Below are positions 20,208 through 29,879 of a stretch of 64,000 nucleotides of DNA, in pieces. A program made the translations under genes and the position numbers. The notes under the pieces are model-generated. The model was not told the DNA's origin and made no database searches. It saw nothing but the letters and a program-made list of their open reading frames with translations. Origin of the DNA: a virus. Taxonomy: Duplodnaviria > Heunggongvirae > Uroviricota > Caudoviricetes. Location: IMG/VR virus record IMGVR_UViG_3300021256_000007, positions 32,440 to 96,439 of that record; one strand, given 5' to 3'. The first letter of the stretch is position 1. Every line of letters starts with the position of its first letter.

Positions 20208-21566
20208 ATGCCCACAATACGATTAATACCAAGCATTTTCTATAACGCTGCCGGCACGTCCTATCTGACTGTCAGCAATCAGAGCAATGCATATACCAAT
20301 ACCGACAGTACAACGTACGCGACAGTAGATAATACTTACGCATCCACGACAAACCGATACGTCTATCTTCAGGGTTTTAACTTCAATGATATTCCGGCTT
20401 CTGCTGTTATAAATTCATTCAATATCAAACTTAAAGCGAATGAATCTGGCGGTTCTACGTCTTCATCTTACCGACCGGTTCTGTGTAAAGGAACGGCGAC
20501 ATACAGTAACGCTTATTGCAATGCGATTACGACAACTGTTTCGGTTCATGAGTTTTCGTTTACTCAGGACTTCGCAACGTTCCGGGATGACGGCGAGGAG
20601 TTCGGCATTCGTATTAACTGTAGACGAGGATCTAGAAATACTGAGGCTTCGTTTCATATTTACGGTGCTGAGATCGAAGTCGATTATACGATCCCGAATC
20701 CTTGCACGATTACGACAACACTGAACGGCAACGGAACAATTTCTCCAAGCGGGACAACCGAAACCGTTGAAGGCACTGAGTTCGAGCTTACGATTACACC
20801 GACCGATAAGAGTGAACAGGTCACTGTCACTAATAACGGTACTGATGTAACCAGTCAGCTTGTGGCTCATGGTACAGGAGGAAGCGGATCGTATACGGCT
20901 GACGATGTAACGACAAGCGGAATCCAGAGCGGCTCGTCTTATGCAGAGTATGCTGTAGGCCATACGGCTGAAAATCCGTCAAGTTCCGGAACTAGCAGCA
21001 ACATGTACGCATCCAGCAGCTCAACAGGCTATGCTGCGTATTCGTTTGACTTCAGTTCTATTCCGAGTAATGCGACGATCGAGGCTGTTGAAGTTCGATG
21101 CTATGGACATCGTGAATCCAGTACGATCAGCTCGACCTATGTTTCGCAGTGTGTTTTATATCAGGGTTCTACGGCGATTAGCGATGAAGTCGATTTTCCA
21201 TCTACGTCGAACAGTCTGATAACGGTAACACCGACATCCCTTCCGACAAGATCGCAACTTGATAACGTGACGCTTCGGCATTACGTCGGCTATTACGGTG
21301 GTCTTGTTCTTGGTATTACGTTCGAAGTTACTTATTCTACCGGAACCGGGATCGATCATTATACCTATACGTTCACGACGACCGGAAACACGGCAATTGT
21401 GGTTACGATCGGAAGCGTTCAGACGGATAAACTGTACTTTAAACAAAACGGCTCGTGGGTTGCCGCTACGAAAGCCTACAAAAAAGTAAACGGAGTCTGG
21501 GTCGAACAAACAGATCTGACTACGGTATTTCAAAATGGAATTAATTACGTGAAAGGAGTGGTCTAA
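20208..21566 (+). CDS. tail protein with an internal domain duplication
   Basis: 452 aa. The N-terminal ~130-aa domain recurs at residues ~250-380. A 13-mer variant lies in its 3' end. Confidence 0.45.
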   Translation: MPTIRLIPSIFYNAAGTSYLTVSNQSNAYTNTDSTTYATVDNTYASTTNRYVYLQGFNFNDIPASAVINSFNIKLKANESGGSTSSSYRPVLCKGTATYSNAYCNAITTTVSVHEFSFTQDFATFRDDGEEFGIRINCRRGSRNTEASFHIYGAEIEVDYTIPNPCTITTTLNGNGTISPSGTTETVEGTEFELTITPTDKSEQVTVTNNGTDVTSQLVAHGTGGSGSYTADDVTTSGIQSGSSYAEYAVGHTAENPSSSGTSSNMYASSSSTGYAAYSFDFSSIPSNATIEAVEVRCYGHRESSTISSTYVSQCVLYQGSTAISDEVDFPSTSNSLITVTPTSLPTRSQLDNVTLRHYVGYYGGLVLGITFEVTYSTGTGIDHYTYTFTTTGNTAIVVTIGSVQTDKLYFKQNGSWVAATKAYKKVNGVWVEQTDLTTVFQNGINYVKGVV

Positions 21567-21569
21567 TCT

Positions 21570-22661
21570 ATGGCAAATGCAAAAGTAACCCTGAATGAAA
21601 CCACTCTGATGGATGTTACCGGGACGACTGTAGATGCCGACCATCTGCTGGAAGGCACTACAGCTATTGGCCCGGACGGGGAATTGGTTGTTGGAACTGC
21701 AAGTGGTGGAGGAGACACTCTGGCCGCGCTGCTTAGCAATGAGCTTACCGAGTATTCTTACAATGGAACATCTATTCAACCATATATGTTTCGAGATAGA
21801 ACAAATTTGGAGAGTATTGAATTACCTAATGTTGCGACGATTCCGTCATACGCATTCAGAGGTTGTTCGTCTTTAAACGATGTCGATATCTCCAGTGCAA
21901 CAAGTATTGGTGAATATGCGTTTAGCAACTGCGTTGCTTTAGATGAGATAAGTTTGCCATCTGTAACAACTATTAATAATTATGCTTTTGATGGTTGCAC
22001 AGCGTTGTCTAGTATAAGCAGTGATACAGTAACATCAGTTGGACTTTCTACAAACAATTATGGAAGAAGTTTTCAGTCATGCACTTCTTTGCAAAGTGTT
22101 TCATTCCCAAACGCGACTTACATTGCCGATAGAACATTTATAAGTTGCTCAAATTTAGTATCTGTTAATTTTCCAAATTTATTGACTTGTGGACGTGCCG
22201 GTACCGACGCACATATTTTTGACGGTTGCAAAAAACTACAGCTGTTACATTTGCCAAAATTAACAAATGCATATGGAGTTGGAGCGTTCTGGGGGATTGG
22301 ATCGTCAACAAGTTATGTTACTATCGTTCTTCCGGCTATTACAGGAGTAGTATCATCTTTTCGCCAATCGTATTGTGAAGCTGTTGATATCGGACCAGGA
22401 TTCGCAGGTCCACTCGATGCCTATAATTTTTATTCAGGAACTTATAGAAATATAATTCTTCGTAATCCAGACGCAGTTGTTACTTGCACTGCGGCAAATT
22501 CGATTTACAGCATTAACAGTTCAACTAAGGTATTCGTTCCTTCAAGTCTGGTTACTGCTTATAAAGAAGCCACTAACTGGAGCACAAAAGGCGATATTTT
22601 CTACTCCATCGAAGGCAGTATTTATGAAAACGCCTATGCTGATGGAACGCCGATTTCTTAA
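21570..22661 (+). CDS. tail fibre / receptor-binding protein with BspA-type leucine-rich repeats, paralog 3
   Basis: Shared N-terminal anchor (MANAKVTLNETTLMDVTGTTVDADHLLEGTTAIG). Repeats of the form SxxxIGxxAFxxCxxLxxIxLP. Conserved C-terminus EGSIYENAYADGTPIS. Confidence 0.55.
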   Translation: MANAKVTLNETTLMDVTGTTVDADHLLEGTTAIGPDGELVVGTASGGGDTLAALLSNELTEYSYNGTSIQPYMFRDRTNLESIELPNVATIPSYAFRGCSSLNDVDISSATSIGEYAFSNCVALDEISLPSVTTINNYAFDGCTALSSISSDTVTSVGLSTNNYGRSFQSCTSLQSVSFPNATYIADRTFISCSNLVSVNFPNLLTCGRAGTDAHIFDGCKKLQLLHLPKLTNAYGVGAFWGIGSSTSYVTIVLPAITGVVSSFRQSYCEAVDIGPGFAGPLDAYNFYSGTYRNIILRNPDAVVTCTAANSIYSINSSTKVFVPSSLVTAYKEATNWSTKGDIFYSIEGSIYENAYADGTPIS

Positions 22662-22673
22662 GGAGGTGACGTA

Positions 22674-23498
22674 ATGGCCATTGCTAAAATTACTTTAAAC
22701 GGTACAACTCTTATGAACGCCACAGACGTCACAGCCACGGCTGAAGATATTATCGCTCCTGCCACGGCCATGATCGCCAACGGAACGAAACCGGTTGGAA
22801 CGGCAAGTGGAGGAACCCAGATCGATTGGGATGGATTTGTTGATGGCTCTTGGCCAATCGGCGACGTAGAAGTGTCTTCGGCCATCACATCAATAGCGAA
22901 CTATGCTTTATATAATAGATCTGGAATTACATCACTTTCAGCATCTAGCGTAACCTCGATCGGCAGTAATGCAATGTCAGGATGCCATACTCTCAGCAGT
23001 ATTGAATTACCAGAATGCGTAAGCATTGGTGCAAGTGCTTTTTATGCTTGTTATTTATTAACGAATGTTTCTCTTCCTAAATGCACAACATTAGCGCAAT
23101 CATCATTTTACGGAGCCGGTCAAGATGTCCCAAGCGGAAATAGAATTTGGGTTTTCCCGGCTTTAACGGCAGTACCTTCTGACGGATTTCGTCAGTTTGG
23201 TTGTGACACATTAGATCTTGGCCCATCGTGTGCATCACTCGGAACACGCGCTTTTTATCAGCCTACCTACGGCGGTTATGTTAAAGCGCTGATCTTACGG
23301 AAATCCGATGCTGTTGTTACGGCTACAGCAACCAATACACTTGATAAAGTAAATGCGTCTACAAAAGTTTATGTTCCATCGGCTTTGATCAACTCGTATA
23401 AAGAAGCCACTAACTGGAGCGCAAAAGGTGATATTTTTTACCCCATTGAAGGCAGTATTTACGAAAACGCCTATGCTGACGGCACACCGATTACTTAA
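22674..23498 (+). CDS. tail fibre / LRR protein, paralog 4
   Basis: Shared N-terminal anchor, LRR-like repeats, C-terminus EGSIYENAYADGTPIT. Confidence 0.55.
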   Translation: MAIAKITLNGTTLMNATDVTATAEDIIAPATAMIANGTKPVGTASGGTQIDWDGFVDGSWPIGDVEVSSAITSIANYALYNRSGITSLSASSVTSIGSNAMSGCHTLSSIELPECVSIGASAFYACYLLTNVSLPKCTTLAQSSFYGAGQDVPSGNRIWVFPALTAVPSDGFRQFGCDTLDLGPSCASLGTRAFYQPTYGGYVKALILRKSDAVVTATATNTLDKVNASTKVYVPSALINSYKEATNWSAKGDIFYPIEGSIYENAYADGTPIT

Positions 23499-23510
23499 AG
23501 GAGGCAAACA

Positions 23511-23732
23511 ATGATAATTCAAGAACATTTTGATATTAACGGTCGAGACTTCATTCGTACGGTCTCCGATGCAAATCGGTATGTCGTGCGCGATGGCGTT
23601 TCGTATTCTGAGGCTTGCGATCCGGCCGAATTTAATCGCGAGTATACTGAAGGCGATCTGATGGATCAGGAAGAAATCGAATCTAACGCACAGGAGATCC
23701 TTGATATTCTTATGGGAGGCAAAGAAGCATGA
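23511..23732 (+). CDS. hypothetical acidic protein
   Basis: 73 aa, RBS AAGGAGG. Confidence 0.35.
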   Translation: MIIQEHFDINGRDFIRTVSDANRYVVRDGVSYSEACDPAEFNREYTEGDLMDQEEIESNAQEILDILMGGKEA

Positions 23733-24127
23733 CACGAGAAAAAGCCTATGCTCTTAGAGCAATGATTGAAAAAGCCAGCGCCTCTCTCGATGATGAGGAT
23801 GCACTTGAGGCCATTGAACTTTTCCCAAACTGGACGAGTGACAAACATTATACGGTTGGGGTAAGGGTGCGATTCGAAGGTACCCTTTATTCGTGTCTGC
23901 AGGAGCATGATTCTCAGGAATCTTGGACACCTGCTGCTGCGCCCTCTCTTTGGGCAAAGGTTCTTATTCCCGAACCTGAAGTGATTCCGGAATGGGAACA
24001 GCCCGACAGTACGAATCCCTATAAGATTGGTGACAAAGTACGTCATAATGGACTTATTTGGGTCTCTACAGTTGACGGCAATGTTTGGGAACCAGGCGCA
24101 TATGGATGGGAGGTTGTCTCTGAATGA
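23729..24127 (+). CDS. putative carbohydrate-binding protein (two CBM5/12-like modules)
   Basis: Two W/Y-rich modules: YTVGVRVRFEGTLYSCLQEHDSQESWTPAAAPSLWAKV and YKIGDKVRHNGLIWVSTVDGNVWEPGAYGWEVV. They resemble the chitin-binding type-3 pattern. Confidence 0.35.
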   Translation: MTREKAYALRAMIEKASASLDDEDALEAIELFPNWTSDKHYTVGVRVRFEGTLYSCLQEHDSQESWTPAAAPSLWAKVLIPEPEVIPEWEQPDSTNPYKIGDKVRHNGLIWVSTVDGNVWEPGAYGWEVVSE

Positions 24128-25380
24128 GTGTAACCGGTTTTTTAATTAACGGTGAAAAACAAAAGTATGATCATCGGGCTTTAGATAATGCTCCGATTCA
24201 GCCTGGCGAAGGTGATAATAGTTTTGTTGCAGTAAATGAAACCGATCCAAATGAAGCTACGGAGTATGGTGCTGTTGTTCTCGGAGGATCGAGCAATACG
24301 GCAAGTGGAAGAAATTCAGCAGCACTTGGCTCAAATAATATTGCTTCCGGGCAATCGAGCATCTCTTTCGGCGGTAAGATTTCAGGTTTTAATGCAAATG
24401 AATCCAGTAACAACGGAACAATAGTTATTGGTTCATCGAGTCAGGCAACGATGCCTTATGCAGTCGCTATTGGAGCAAAAAATGCAGCAACGGCAAGTTA
24501 TGCAGTCGCCATGGGCTGCCAAACTACAGCGTCTGGTAATCTCGGTTTTACCAGTGGATATTCAACTACTGCGTCTGGTGCTGCATCCGTTGCCATGGGA
24601 CGTGAAACGACCGCTTCTGCCCAATATGCTATGTCCGTGGGTTATGGAACAAATGCTTCCGGTGCTTCCTCCACGGTTATCGGCCAGTATAACGTAGTCG
24701 ATACGGGTGACACATCGGCGACTCACGGTGCGGGCGCAAAGAATTATCTTATGATCGTAGGTAACGGAGCTGCCGATAATGATCGTTCAAACGCCTTAAC
24801 ACTTGATTGGGACGGTAATCTCGATGTCGCCGGTAGTGTTCGTGTAAATGGTACTCCGATTGGTTCAAATACATTTGTAGCCACCTACGGCACAACTACC
24901 AGTGCAGAAATCGAAGCGGCATTTCAGGCAGGGAAATTCATTTATGTGGAAGTTCCGAGTAATGGCCGCAGGATGTACCTTACGGTTCGCATAAGTGCAA
25001 CAGAGCATCGCTTTGGCAGTATACATTATTCTGACGGTATTCCCGCGATGTACGCAGCTACCTGTGTGAATGATAGCTGGAGTGGCATCGGTAGAACCCT
25101 TGTAAACCAGAATTCGTTCGCCACATCTTTCGGCGATTCTCAAGCATATGCGATCGGCGACTATTGTATTCACGACGGATATTTATATCGCTTTACTTCA
25201 GCGCACGCAGCCGGGGCATGGAGTGACAGCCACGCGACGCAGGTTAAACTGGTAGATGAAGTGCAGAATAAAGTCAATGCTAACCAAGGCACTGCCAATG
25301 CCGGAAAGTTCTTGGTGGTCGGCTCGGATGGTATCGTGACTCCTGTTACAATGCAGGCATGGAGTGGAGGTAGTTACTGA
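24124..25380 (+). CDS. tail fibre protein with Gly/Ser/Ala-rich hemagglutinin-like repeats
   Basis: Repeats of the form AxGxxSxAxGxxSxA (TASGRNSAALGSNNIASGQSSISFGG...). 418 aa. Confidence 0.5.
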   Translation: MSVTGFLINGEKQKYDHRALDNAPIQPGEGDNSFVAVNETDPNEATEYGAVVLGGSSNTASGRNSAALGSNNIASGQSSISFGGKISGFNANESSNNGTIVIGSSSQATMPYAVAIGAKNAATASYAVAMGCQTTASGNLGFTSGYSTTASGAASVAMGRETTASAQYAMSVGYGTNASGASSTVIGQYNVVDTGDTSATHGAGAKNYLMIVGNGAADNDRSNALTLDWDGNLDVAGSVRVNGTPIGSNTFVATYGTTTSAEIEAAFQAGKFIYVEVPSNGRRMYLTVRISATEHRFGSIHYSDGIPAMYAATCVNDSWSGIGRTLVNQNSFATSFGDSQAYAIGDYCIHDGYLYRFTSAHAAGAWSDSHATQVKLVDEVQNKVNANQGTANAGKFLVVGSDGIVTPVTMQAWSGGSY

Positions 25381-26246
25381 TGGCACTTGATAAATTAGTT
25401 GACAGTGCTCAGCTCGATGCTGATCTCACCTCTGTTGCCAATGCCATCCGCACCAAGGGTGGGACAAGCGGGAGCCTCGCGTTCCCGGCTGGGTTTGTGA
25501 GTGCTGTTGAGGCGATTGAGACAGAGGGAGGCGGGATCTCATTCGACGAGATCGCCATGCGAACATTTTCCGAGGATGTGGTTGTCTCAACGGAAGGACT
25601 CAAGCCATATGCCTTTTCTGATTCAAGTATTACCAGTTTTGTAGGTAACAGCGTAATTGGCAACGACTATGTCGCGTCGAAAACTGTCGGGTCAAATGTT
25701 TTCGCTGGCTGCAAAAGCCTGAAACGCATCGAAATGAGAGAGTTTATAAACAGCGTTTCCAATGCCGACTATCTTTTTGATGGATGTACAGCGCTTGAAA
25801 CGGTCATACTTCCCAAGTTTCAGCGAGGCCGCAATTATGTGTTTCGGAATTGCTCTTCGCTCACCGGAATTGTGCTGCCGAGCTATCGGTATTCCAACAC
25901 AGGTGCATTTTCCGGCTGTTCCAACCTTGAATATGCCGATATGGGGCAACTTGTGACACCAGGTTCCGGAATTCCCGGTGCAGATTTCCAGAACTGCGCG
26001 AAGCTTAAGACACTGATTCTACGCTACTCATCCATGCGATCTCTTGGGAATATCAGTGCTTTTACAGGTACGCCGTTCGCATCTGACGGCTCAGGCGGCA
26101 CACTCTATGTACCGTCAGCACTAATTTCCAACTACCAATCGGCGACCAACTGGTCAACCATTCTCGGCTATGAAAACAATAGCATCCAAGCCATCGAGGG
26201 TAGTATCTATGAGACGCAGTATGCCGACGGTACACCAATTACTTAA
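25380..26246 (+). CDS. LRR-type fibre paralog 5 (divergent N-terminus, conserved C-terminus)
   Basis: LRR-like repeats. C-terminus EGSIYETQYADGTPIT is shared with 21570 and 22674. Confidence 0.5.
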   Translation: MALDKLVDSAQLDADLTSVANAIRTKGGTSGSLAFPAGFVSAVEAIETEGGGISFDEIAMRTFSEDVVVSTEGLKPYAFSDSSITSFVGNSVIGNDYVASKTVGSNVFAGCKSLKRIEMREFINSVSNADYLFDGCTALETVILPKFQRGRNYVFRNCSSLTGIVLPSYRYSNTGAFSGCSNLEYADMGQLVTPGSGIPGADFQNCAKLKTLILRYSSMRSLGNISAFTGTPFASDGSGGTLYVPSALISNYQSATNWSTILGYENNSIQAIEGSIYETQYADGTPIT

Positions 26247-26269
26247 ATATTAATCGGAGGTCATGCCCT

Positions 26270-26908
26270 ATGGATGACTTTAATTCTTTAGTTAAACAGA
26301 TCCTCGAATATCGTACGATTGGATTAAATAATACTCAGATTGTAGAAAAACTTGGATTAACTGGTGAAACAGATGAGCCACTAGACCCTACTTACATTGA
26401 TAGTTTAGTTGCCAGCTATCGCAGAAACGTATTTCACAACTTAAGTAAAAACGACAGAAATACGGAATGTGTAATTAAGTTTACTCACGAGGGTCCCAAT
26501 GCAACTGACAATAATTTTCCGTTTAAAACAGATATTTCTTTTACCGAAGTTGCCTCGGCCATTATCGGCAATCGTCCAATAACCATTAGTATAAAAGTGA
26601 AAAATTCCGATGTAGACTTGCAGTTTGTTGTATCGGTTCTTTATGCTGAGCGTTGGACACAAAGTAACGGTTATGACAGAATCGCAATGCTCTTGTCGAA
26701 TGATAATATTTCGGCCGCAAAAGCTCATGGTTTAATTAATTTCTATGATACATACAATTATAGTGCAATAACCGATCCGCATTTCGAATATCAATGGCTT
26801 GGAATGTCGGAAGCTGGTGAATTTAAGTTATTTACGAATTACGAAGCCATTGGCGATTGGGAACCTAATTCTGAACCGTCATCCGGCGGCGGCGTTGTTG
26901 TAAAGTGA
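26270..26908 (+). CDS. hypothetical protein (last gene of the late operon)
   Basis: 212 aa, followed by a strong terminator. Confidence 0.4.
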   Translation: MDDFNSLVKQILEYRTIGLNNTQIVEKLGLTGETDEPLDPTYIDSLVASYRRNVFHNLSKNDRNTECVIKFTHEGPNATDNNFPFKTDISFTEVASAIIGNRPITISIKVKNSDVDLQFVVSVLYAERWTQSNGYDRIAMLLSNDNISAAKAHGLINFYDTYNYSAITDPHFEYQWLGMSEAGEFKLFTNYEAIGDWEPNSEPSSGGGVVVK

Positions 26909-26917
26909 ATTTATTAA

Positions 26918-26956
26918 AGTCCCTCTAAGATCACTCTTAGAGGGACTATTTTTTTA
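26918..26956 (+). terminator. rho-independent terminator ending the structural operon
   Basis: A 13-bp stem AGTCCCTCTAAGA/TCTTAGAGGGACT followed by a T-tract. Confidence 0.65.
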
Positions 26957-26980
26957 CACCGTCTATTTTTTTTTGCTCAG

Positions 26981-27012
26981 TTCGTAAAATCTGCAATTCC
27001 TATAGTGAAGGT
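26981..27012 (+). promoter_or_regulatory. first copy of the conserved promoter-like element (TCGTAAAATCTGCAATTCCTATAGTGAAGG)
   Basis: Conforms to the consensus T-tract-TCGTA-N6-TTT(A/G)CAAC-N3-CTATAATGA(A)GG seen at 22 or more sites. Confidence 0.45.
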
Positions 27013-27043
27013 ACATTAATTTTATGAAAAGGAGGGAAACAAT

Positions 27044-27148
27044 ATGATGAGAAAGATCCAGCGCTTACTGACGTTAATGTCGCTTGGTATGAGCCAGGCA
27101 CACACGACGGCGGCGCTCGGAGGAGACATCTATGTTCCGATGATCTAA
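27044..27148 (+). CDS. small ORF (34 aa), leader-peptide-like
   Basis: Strong RBS AAAAGGAGGG, then a terminator-like hairpin. Confidence 0.2.
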   Translation: MMRKIQRLLTLMSLGMSQAHTTAALGGDIYVPMI

Positions 27149-27244
27149 TAGATGTTCTTCGGCGGAGGAGTCGTTTTATTGAAAGCGGCTTCTCTTTTTT
27201 TTGTCCTTCGCTGGAAATTCAAAATGGAAGAAGAGGTGGTAACT

Positions 27245-27844
27245 ATGAGCGATGTAATCATCAGCACAAAAGAAGGAACAGTATTTCATGAACTATTCTG
27301 TCCGTATGTTCAGCGGATCCAGAGCCGGCACAGAAAACAAGTAACTGAAGAAAAAGCAATCAAGAAGGGATATTGCGAATGTAAATTCTGTAGAAGTGTT
27401 CGCGGTATTGCTTACAAATATCGTCAGCTTTGTGAAGAGAACATTAGCTACGATGCAACCGATAACGCTATTTGTATCAAGACCGACGTAGGTTTTTGGA
27501 AACTCATATGGCGTGAAAATACGCAGGACTGGCATTTATTTCATATGAATCACAGGGGGTGGAAATGCTTTGATAAAACTTTACCGGATGAGAAATTAAT
27601 GCGCGGATCGTTTCATCGGCAGGAGGACTTTGCGCCAACCACGAACGTATCAAAGGCACTTAAGTACATTCGAAGTCATGACAAAAACTATAAGATCGCA
27701 GAGGAAGATATTCGCAAACTGAATAAGGGAAATTCCAAACAGAAGAAACACTACCAGCAGCAGAAAAACAGAAAGAAACGGGAAAGCATCCGTAATGTCT
27801 ATCGAATTTTTCATAATCTAGAAAAAGAAAAGGAGAATGCCTAA
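27245..27844 (+). CDS. Cys-rich hypothetical protein with a basic C-terminus
   Basis: CPYV...CECKFC pattern. The RBS GAGGTG sits 6 nt upstream of ATG 27245; the track start at 27152 lies in the terminator. The 13-mer is 15 nt upstream. Confidence 0.4.
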   Translation: MSDVIISTKEGTVFHELFCPYVQRIQSRHRKQVTEEKAIKKGYCECKFCRSVRGIAYKYRQLCEENISYDATDNAICIKTDVGFWKLIWRENTQDWHLFHMNHRGWKCFDKTLPDEKLMRGSFHRQEDFAPTTNVSKALKYIRSHDKNYKIAEEDIRKLNKGNSKQKKHYQQQKNRKKRESIRNVYRIFHNLEKEKENA

Positions 27845-28494
27845 TGAAAAACATCCTGCATGAAAAAGCCGAAAGAACCAGAGCTCTTGAGAGAAAGTAT
27901 CCGCTTGTCCCGATCGTGGTGAACTGCATTATCGCGGTTCTGATGGTTGTGCTCATGGCGAGTCTGATCGGCTGGAGAGCACAAATCGTTTCTGAGAAGA
28001 AAGAAGCTATCCGTGAAGCTCAGGCTTTGGCGGAATACCAGGCTCAGCAAGCCGAAGAAGCACAGAGATATCATGCACAGGTTTTAGCTGAACAAAAAGC
28101 CGAAGAAGCCAAACGGGACAGCGATGCAATCCTCATGGCAAAAATGCTCGCCGGTATTAATGGCTTCGTTGAAAACTACGGATATTCTGACGGCGATCTG
28201 AAAACCTATCTCGAATGTGTCATTAATCGCGTGATTCAGACTGGTTACGGTTACGGAGATCTGGATACGATCGAAGAAGTCGTTATGCAGAAAAGTCAGT
28301 GGCTAGGTTTTTCCGAATCGAACCAGGTAATTGACAAGTATTACCGTATTGCGAGAGAAATCGTTGACAATTACTACGATGGAAAAGCGAGACCATGCAG
28401 TTCCGACTATTGCTGGGCTGAACTTCGTCGCGACGGTGTTTGGCTCAAGAACGAATTTGGCGATTCCAAGTATGCGAGAACATGGAGGTATTGA
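27844..28494 (+). CDS. membrane-anchored protein with a coiled coil and a C-terminal SleB/CwlJ-like cell-wall hydrolase-like domain (tentative)
   Basis: N-terminal transmembrane segment, an A/Q/E coiled coil, and the C-terminal segment CVINRVIQTGYGYGDLDTIEEVVMQKSQW...YYDGK resembling the PF07486 pattern. Confidence 0.35.
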   Translation: MKNILHEKAERTRALERKYPLVPIVVNCIIAVLMVVLMASLIGWRAQIVSEKKEAIREAQALAEYQAQQAEEAQRYHAQVLAEQKAEEAKRDSDAILMAKMLAGINGFVENYGYSDGDLKTYLECVINRVIQTGYGYGDLDTIEEVVMQKSQWLGFSESNQVIDKYYRIAREIVDNYYDGKARPCSSDYCWAELRRDGVWLKNEFGDSKYARTWRY

Positions 28495-28497
28495 GAT

Positions 28498-28755
28498 ATG
28501 AAAGAACTGGTTGCTACTTATAAATGTAAACTTTGCGGAAAGTCTTTTGAAACAGGACGTACTGGTCCAAACGTGGCCCAGTCAATTTTAATCGCTTTTG
28601 AGATCGGAGATCCGTCACTAATGAAAAACATCATGGGCGCGAGCTATATGCATCCGACGTGCACTCATTGCTGCGCTGATGGATCATATGGATTAGCTGA
28701 ATTTCTAGGATTCAAAATGGAAGAAAATGAGGAGGATGCTGAGAATGACGGATGA
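28498..28755 (+). CDS. small zinc-ribbon protein
   Basis: CKLCGK...HPTCTHCC. The 13-mer sits inside its 3' end. Confidence 0.4.
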   Translation: MKELVATYKCKLCGKSFETGRTGPNVAQSILIAFEIGDPSLMKNIMGASYMHPTCTHCCADGSYGLAEFLGFKMEENEEDAENDG

Positions 28756-29359
28756 AGCTTACGTGTTTAATGAAACCAATCGTGAGCGAGCAATAACCCG
28801 TAGATCCGCATCGCATAAACGTAGTGGCAGTAAATCTAAGAAATGCACGTTGGAGGTGGATAAAATGAGCAATAAACAGATCGAAAAACAGCATGGGCCG
28901 ATAAGTACCTGGAATCTGAACGATTTATATACTTATGCAGAGTTCTGTAGCATGCCAAAACATATTCAGGCCGAATATCTTCAACATCTGATGGACAAGT
29001 ATTCAATCGGTCTGTCTGCTATTTCGTCAAAGCTTTTTAATCATTCTCCAAATTCTTTATATAAATATTTAAAGAACCATGATGTGGCGCAGAGTCTTCG
29101 TCTTTGCAAGAAACCTGCCAATTCACAAATCAGACAGTTCGAAGCAGATATTAGAGCAAAATTTGAGCCGTCTGACGTGACAGATACTCGAACAGTTCGA
29201 GAAATTGCATTTGGAAGCGATCCCGAAATCGAAGTCGAAGCTCAGGAGTTTTCTACGACTTATATTTCGAGTAAATTTGACGAAAGCGTTATCTGGCTTA
29301 TCAATTCCATGTTTGCCGGGACGAAAATGCGCGTGACAATCACTGTCGAGCGGGCATAA
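28745..29359 (+). CDS. hypothetical protein
   Basis: ATG 28745 with GAGGAGG 7 nt upstream, 204 aa. A terminator at 29363-29401 follows. Confidence 0.4.
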   Translation: MTDEAYVFNETNRERAITRRSASHKRSGSKSKKCTLEVDKMSNKQIEKQHGPISTWNLNDLYTYAEFCSMPKHIQAEYLQHLMDKYSIGLSAISSKLFNHSPNSLYKYLKNHDVAQSLRLCKKPANSQIRQFEADIRAKFEPSDVTDTRTVREIAFGSDPEIEVEAQEFSTTYISSKFDESVIWLINSMFAGTKMRVTITVERA

Positions 29360-29362
29360 AAT

Positions 29363-29401
29363 TATAAGGGGCTGCACTTTCCGCAGCTCCTTATTTTTTT
29401 T
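29363..29401 (+). terminator. rho-independent terminator
   Basis: Stem GGGGCTGC/GCAGCTCC followed by T9. Confidence 0.55.
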
Positions 29402-29507
29402 CAAAGTACACAAAACTATTGCACAGATGAAAGTAAAGTTTGGAGCGTGGTTATTTCAGGTCTAAACTATTTCTTTCATTTCGGCAACAATTTTCGACAA
29501 AGTAGGT

Positions 29508-29536
29508 TTGACTTTGCATTTTGTATATGCTATGGT
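29508..29536 (+). promoter_or_regulatory. canonical sigma-A-type promoter (TTGACT-17-TATGGT)
   Basis: Near-consensus -35 with a 17-nt spacer to the -10. It precedes the HTH gene at 29583. Confidence 0.5.
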
Positions 29537-29582
29537 GACCTCACCGGCCGGTAATCTTATGCTTAAAAAGGAGATTGCCGTT

Positions 29583-29879
29583 ATGAAAGTTATGCTTTCA
29601 GAAAAAGATAGAGAAGAAGAAAAACTCAGAAAACGTATGGATCGCTTTGATTCCGTCGTTCATGAATACCTCCGATCCAATAGAAAAACCGTGGAAGAAC
29701 TGTCGCTTAAAGTCGGATGCGATCCGTCGAGTCTGTGGCGCTATAGAAGGAAAGTAGAGTATTTCCAAAAGGCTCCGCTTGAAATCATAGCGTCATGCTT
29801 ACGGCTTGCTAACGTATCAAACGAAAATCTCAGATACATTCTCGGCTTACCGACGGGACGAATCACATATGAAAACTGA
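29583..29879 (+). CDS. HTH DNA-binding regulator (Cro/CI-like), putative
   Basis: 98 aa with LSLKVGCDPSSLWRYRRK as a helix-turn-helix. RBS AAAAAGGAG. Preceded by a sigma-A-type promoter. Confidence 0.5.
   Translation: MKVMLSEKDREEEKLRKRMDRFDSVVHEYLRSNRKTVEELSLKVGCDPSSLWRYRRKVEYFQKAPLEIIASCLRLANVSNENLRYILGLPTGRITYEN

Noticed and set aside
21570-26246. Diversity-generating retroelement (variable/template repeat pair) in the fibre genes
   Set aside because: The conserved 3' ends of the three LRR genes differ at all base types, not adenine-specifically. No reverse transcriptase gene or template repeat is in the window.
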